Assembly (NCBI GenBank): GCA_000934665.2
Contig: JYFJ02003968.1
Coordinates: 1 to 35,959, forward strand
Direction of reading: 5' to 3'
Length of the DNA stretch: 35,959 nt
DNA from: Catajapyx aquilonaris
Taxonomy: Eukaryota
In this document: positions 32,543 through 35,959 of the stretch, in pieces
Numbering within the stretch: the first letter of the stretch is position 1
How the letters are laid out: every line of letters begins with the position of its first letter
Made by a program: the position numbers and the translations under genes
The notes under the pieces: generated by a model
What the model saw: only the letters and a program-made list of their open reading frames with translations
The model's database searches: none
What the model was told of the DNA's origin: nothing

Positions 32543-34085
32543 ATGGCTGCTGGAAAGGTTAGTTTACTCCTTTCATGCACGATATATACGTATATAGTGT
32601 AGGGTTTGTATCTCGTATTAAATAATTTGATCTTTGTTCCTTTTTCTGCAGAAAGGATGGATGTTGCCGTACCGCGAAGAGATCCATACTTCACGGGGGG
32701 CCACATACGTCGTGGGAGATTGTCTGGGCAGAGGAGGGTTCGGAGAAGTGTACAAATGCGGCAGGGCGGACAATGCTGGACAGTACGGTCAGCAGACGGT
32801 GGCTGCCCTCAAGGTTCAGTACAGCCCCAACGGATGGCTCAGGGAAGTCAGCGCCATGAAGGAACTGCAGAAAAAGGTCAACAACACCACCAGCAGCTTC
32901 ACCAAGAAGTTGGGCTCGTTCTTTGGACTATCAGCATCAGGAGAGAGAGCGGAGGAGGAAGAGGTGGAGGATGACCACCATATCGTGAAGATGCTGGACC
33001 ACTTCCAGCATCGAGGTCTCCACTACATGGTGATGGAGCTGATGCCCACCGACCTGTGGCTGCACCTCAGGAAGCAGCCCCAAATGAGGTTCACGGCCCT
33101 CCAGGTGTCCACCGTGGCCAGGCAGCTTCTCACTGCTCTCGGATGGCTCAAGGTGAGAAATGGGCGTGCGGGGGTGTGAATTCTGATAATTTTCTGACCA
33201 TTAATTCCAATTTTTATATTCTGCAGGAAAAGGGAGTGATCCACGCGGACATCAAACTGAGCAACATTTTGATCAATCCCAGGGATTGGACAGTGAAACT
33301 GACCGACTTTGGACTGGCGCTGTTTAAGCAGTCTGCATCTAACTACAGGGGTAAAAACCAGCTTCAGAGCTTCCCTAATCGTGCACCTGAAATATATCTT
33401 GGTACGTACTCTCGTTACTCTCTCCACATTCATGTAGGCCTATTGGGGTGCACATCACTGATTATTTTTTCTTCCTTTTAAAAAAGGCGCGGATGTGACA
33501 ATGGCCAGCGACGTGTATGCCCTGGGCGCCATGTGTGGCACGATGTACTTTGGGTTGAAGTGCCCCATCTTCGCCCCCTCCGTTCCCTTGGAAGACATGT
33601 TCGCCATGCACCTGATGGTCCACCTCTTCGGTCAAGTGCCTGACGAGATGCTGCGGGGGGCACTCTTTGCCGACCAGTACTACGACTTTGACACCCAGAA
33701 GAAGCGGTACAGCCTCAAGGTAAATGCGTTACTTTACAAAATCACCTGCTGGCACATTATAGGCCTATAGCATGGAATCGACTATTAAAATGACTTTTTG
33801 TATGTTTTCAGGAGAAGAGCACCACTGGACGTGAAGCGAGGGCGATGCAGAGGGAATGTTCAATCCGCGACCCTCGTGACATCAAGGATGCCAGTTTTGC
33901 TGAATTCCTCTGGAGCTGCTGTCAAATGAACCCTGTAAGTAGGACTATACTCTTAACCGGGTATAGCAAGTAGTCAGTTGCTAAACGAGCATGTGATCTG
34001 ATTGGTCTTTTATATTCCGCAGGAGAAACGCGTGCTGCCAGAAGATGCCCTGAAGATGCCTTTCATCGCTCATCCTGTATCATAG
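32543..34085 (+). CDS. K7: HIPK/DYRK-like Ser/Thr kinase, about 369 aa, intact
   Basis: Exons 32543-32557 (MAAGK), 32652-33152, 33227-33401, 33487-33719, 33812-33934, 34023-34085, all GT-AG. Motifs GRGGFG, AALK, HADIKLSN, DFG, LQSFPNRAPE, SDVYALG. Confidence 0.9.
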
Positions 34086-34242
34086 AAGTGGATTACACAC
34101 ATATTTGTATGTGAATTGACTATTCAAGCATTTTTGATACCGTCATACCATTGTATAATTAGCCTTTGAATGCTTGTATTGGCGTCGTTTATTGTGACTG
34201 CAGGATAAAGATTACTTGACATATAATTATTATGTTATTCTG

Positions 34243-34248
34243 AATAAA
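34243..34248 (+). terminator. Candidate polyadenylation signal for K7
   Basis: AATAAA about 160 nt after the K7 stop codon. Confidence 0.4.
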
Positions 34249-35259
34249 TTCTGAATCCAGGTTTTACAAGGATTGTGTCTTAGTGACTTACGCAAACCGT
34301 GCAGTTTATGTAATATGTTGTAAAATGTTGTAAAGTGTGGCTGCTGTATTACAAAATTTCAGTGTTCTCTATAGTTGCAATTTAATGAGTATAAGGCATA
34401 TACCTTGTAATACTGTATTGGTTTTTCACGGATCAATTGATGTTTACCGTATTCTATCCATTATTGTGTTCAGGCTATTAAACTCATGTTTCATACTCAT
34501 AATTAGTTTTAAAATTACACTGCAATACATTTTTTTCAGGACAAAGCTGATGTCTATACCCTGAAATTTGTTGGCTATAGTAAGTGTCAATCTACATATA
34601 GCCCTCGTGGTGAGAGGCAATCTGGTTCTGTAGCATAAGTTTCTGATCTGAAAGCAGCATCTTCAAATGTTGCATAATTTATGAATTCAGAGTTAATGAC
34701 ATTTTATTCGCAGTAGGCTACATCTGCTTCTAATACAAAACAACTCCCCGAATCCCGAAATGTGAAATCCGCGCCAACATCGATATATCTGAAGTGAGAA
34801 GTAAAATATTGATACAGAATCGTTTAGAGCTGATACCATATCAGACATCAGCGAAGCTGAGTCATCCTAATACATTATTATAGCTCAGAAAGAAAGAAAA
34901 TTACTATACAAATCAAATCTGACAACAACTAAATAGGACTAATGTTGTCAGGCTCATTTCTCGCTGCCCGCAGTAGCTATTATTGAGAAAAATTCTTATC
35001 GAATCACGCTCGTGTGAATTGACATGCAGTCTTGTTATTTCTTATTCCCCCCCCCCCCCCACCTATATAAGTTATAGCTCCAAGCTTGTCATTCACGAAC
35101 TATTAGTCCTATACTCATGTTATGTAACCAAGAAATGAGACATGAAATTAAAAGTGACACGTAATAATTATTATCCTACTTGGCAAGGCGTTATGTCTGA
35201 TGTACAGTTGCAAATTAAATGTCCTAAAACCTAAACAGTTAGAAATTTCTGATTCTATA

Positions 35260-35300
35260 CGAGGGGCGAGTCAAAACAAATTGGGACTCATTTTTTATGT
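35260..35300 (+). mobile_element. Possible mariner-type left terminus
   Basis: TA|CGAGGGGCGAGTCAAAA has the same TA|CGAGGG start as the mariner TIR ending at 3316. No partner TIR or ORF seen. Confidence 0.35.
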
Positions 35301-35959
35301 GATAAAGAGACTTAGTTCGTCATGACTTTTCGTGAGTGACATCGTGTCTAGAATGGTATGAAGTATTAGATCACCAATTGCTGATAAGGCGAATTGCACA
35401 TAATTAGATGCAGTATCCATATTATTTCAGAAGAATAGCTTGAAGAACGACGTTTGTGTTGTATAAAAAATAATCATTAACAACTCAATAAATGAAGTAA
35501 GTTATAACAATGACTGTGAGCATGGTTTAAAAAATCAGTTTTTAATATTCATCTTCGTCATTGAAAAACACGGCACAATACAAATAGTGTGTTAATGTAA
35601 TATTCTCTCGAACATGACATATAAGTTACATACAGTACTCTATATATGCTATAGCACATAGGGGGAACTGAAAGTATACAAGTCACGCTTTCCAAAAGCA
35701 CCTGTGGCAGTATTAGTCTACATACTGTATAATTATCGTAAAAATAACAGTAACTGATATACAATAGTGTTGTAAAGTGGATAGGATAATAATATTATAA
35801 TACCGTATACAAAAATCATTGGCGGGAAACGATTCCTCCACCATTACGACCTCTCAAATGACCTCAGATTACACCAAAAGGCATTTTAAAAATCACCATA
35901 AATGTTGGCGCATAAAATAATAATGTTATGCAGTGAACTTAGAAAAAGTGTCAGAAAAT

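Noticed and set aside
5194..34085. Assigning HIPK or DYRK gene symbols, or an immune role because the kinases are non-RD
   Set aside because: Orthology cannot be shown without a tree. Non-RD HxD motifs are ancestral in HIPK/DYRK/CLK and carry no immune implication here.

Overview
Animal genomic DNA (AT-rich, spliceosomal introns; taxon not determinable from the sequence). The window is dominated by a cluster of seven paralogous, kinase-domain-only CMGC Ser/Thr kinase genes, K1-K7, oriented - - - - + - +. They resemble HIPK/DYRK kinases (HADLK.., DFG, Q....RAPE, GAPFTEAIDMWSLG) and share one six-exon plan. Six reconstruct as intact ORFs of about 340-423 aa. K1 is a double-frameshift pseudogene closely related to K7. 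All seven lack the DYRK/HIPK activation-loop tyrosine, vary at substrate-contact positions and carry a variable alphaC-beta4 insert. The cluster also shows patchy homogenisation between the inverted pair K1/K7, a precise intron loss and a shifted start codon in K4, a GT>GC donor with a stop-free in-frame intron in K3, conserved CRE and NR5A/ERR/GCNF-type motifs upstream of K1 and K7, and a non-coding module repeated five times around K3-K5. The first 5 kb holds a decayed SAMD3-like gene, a mariner transposase 3' end, a Harbinger-type MITE and three orphan exons. Long near-perfect palindromes, MITEs and tRNA-derived SINE fragments lie between the genes. All gene models were built by eye from splice signals and paralog comparison, and family calls come from motif recall; no database searches were run.
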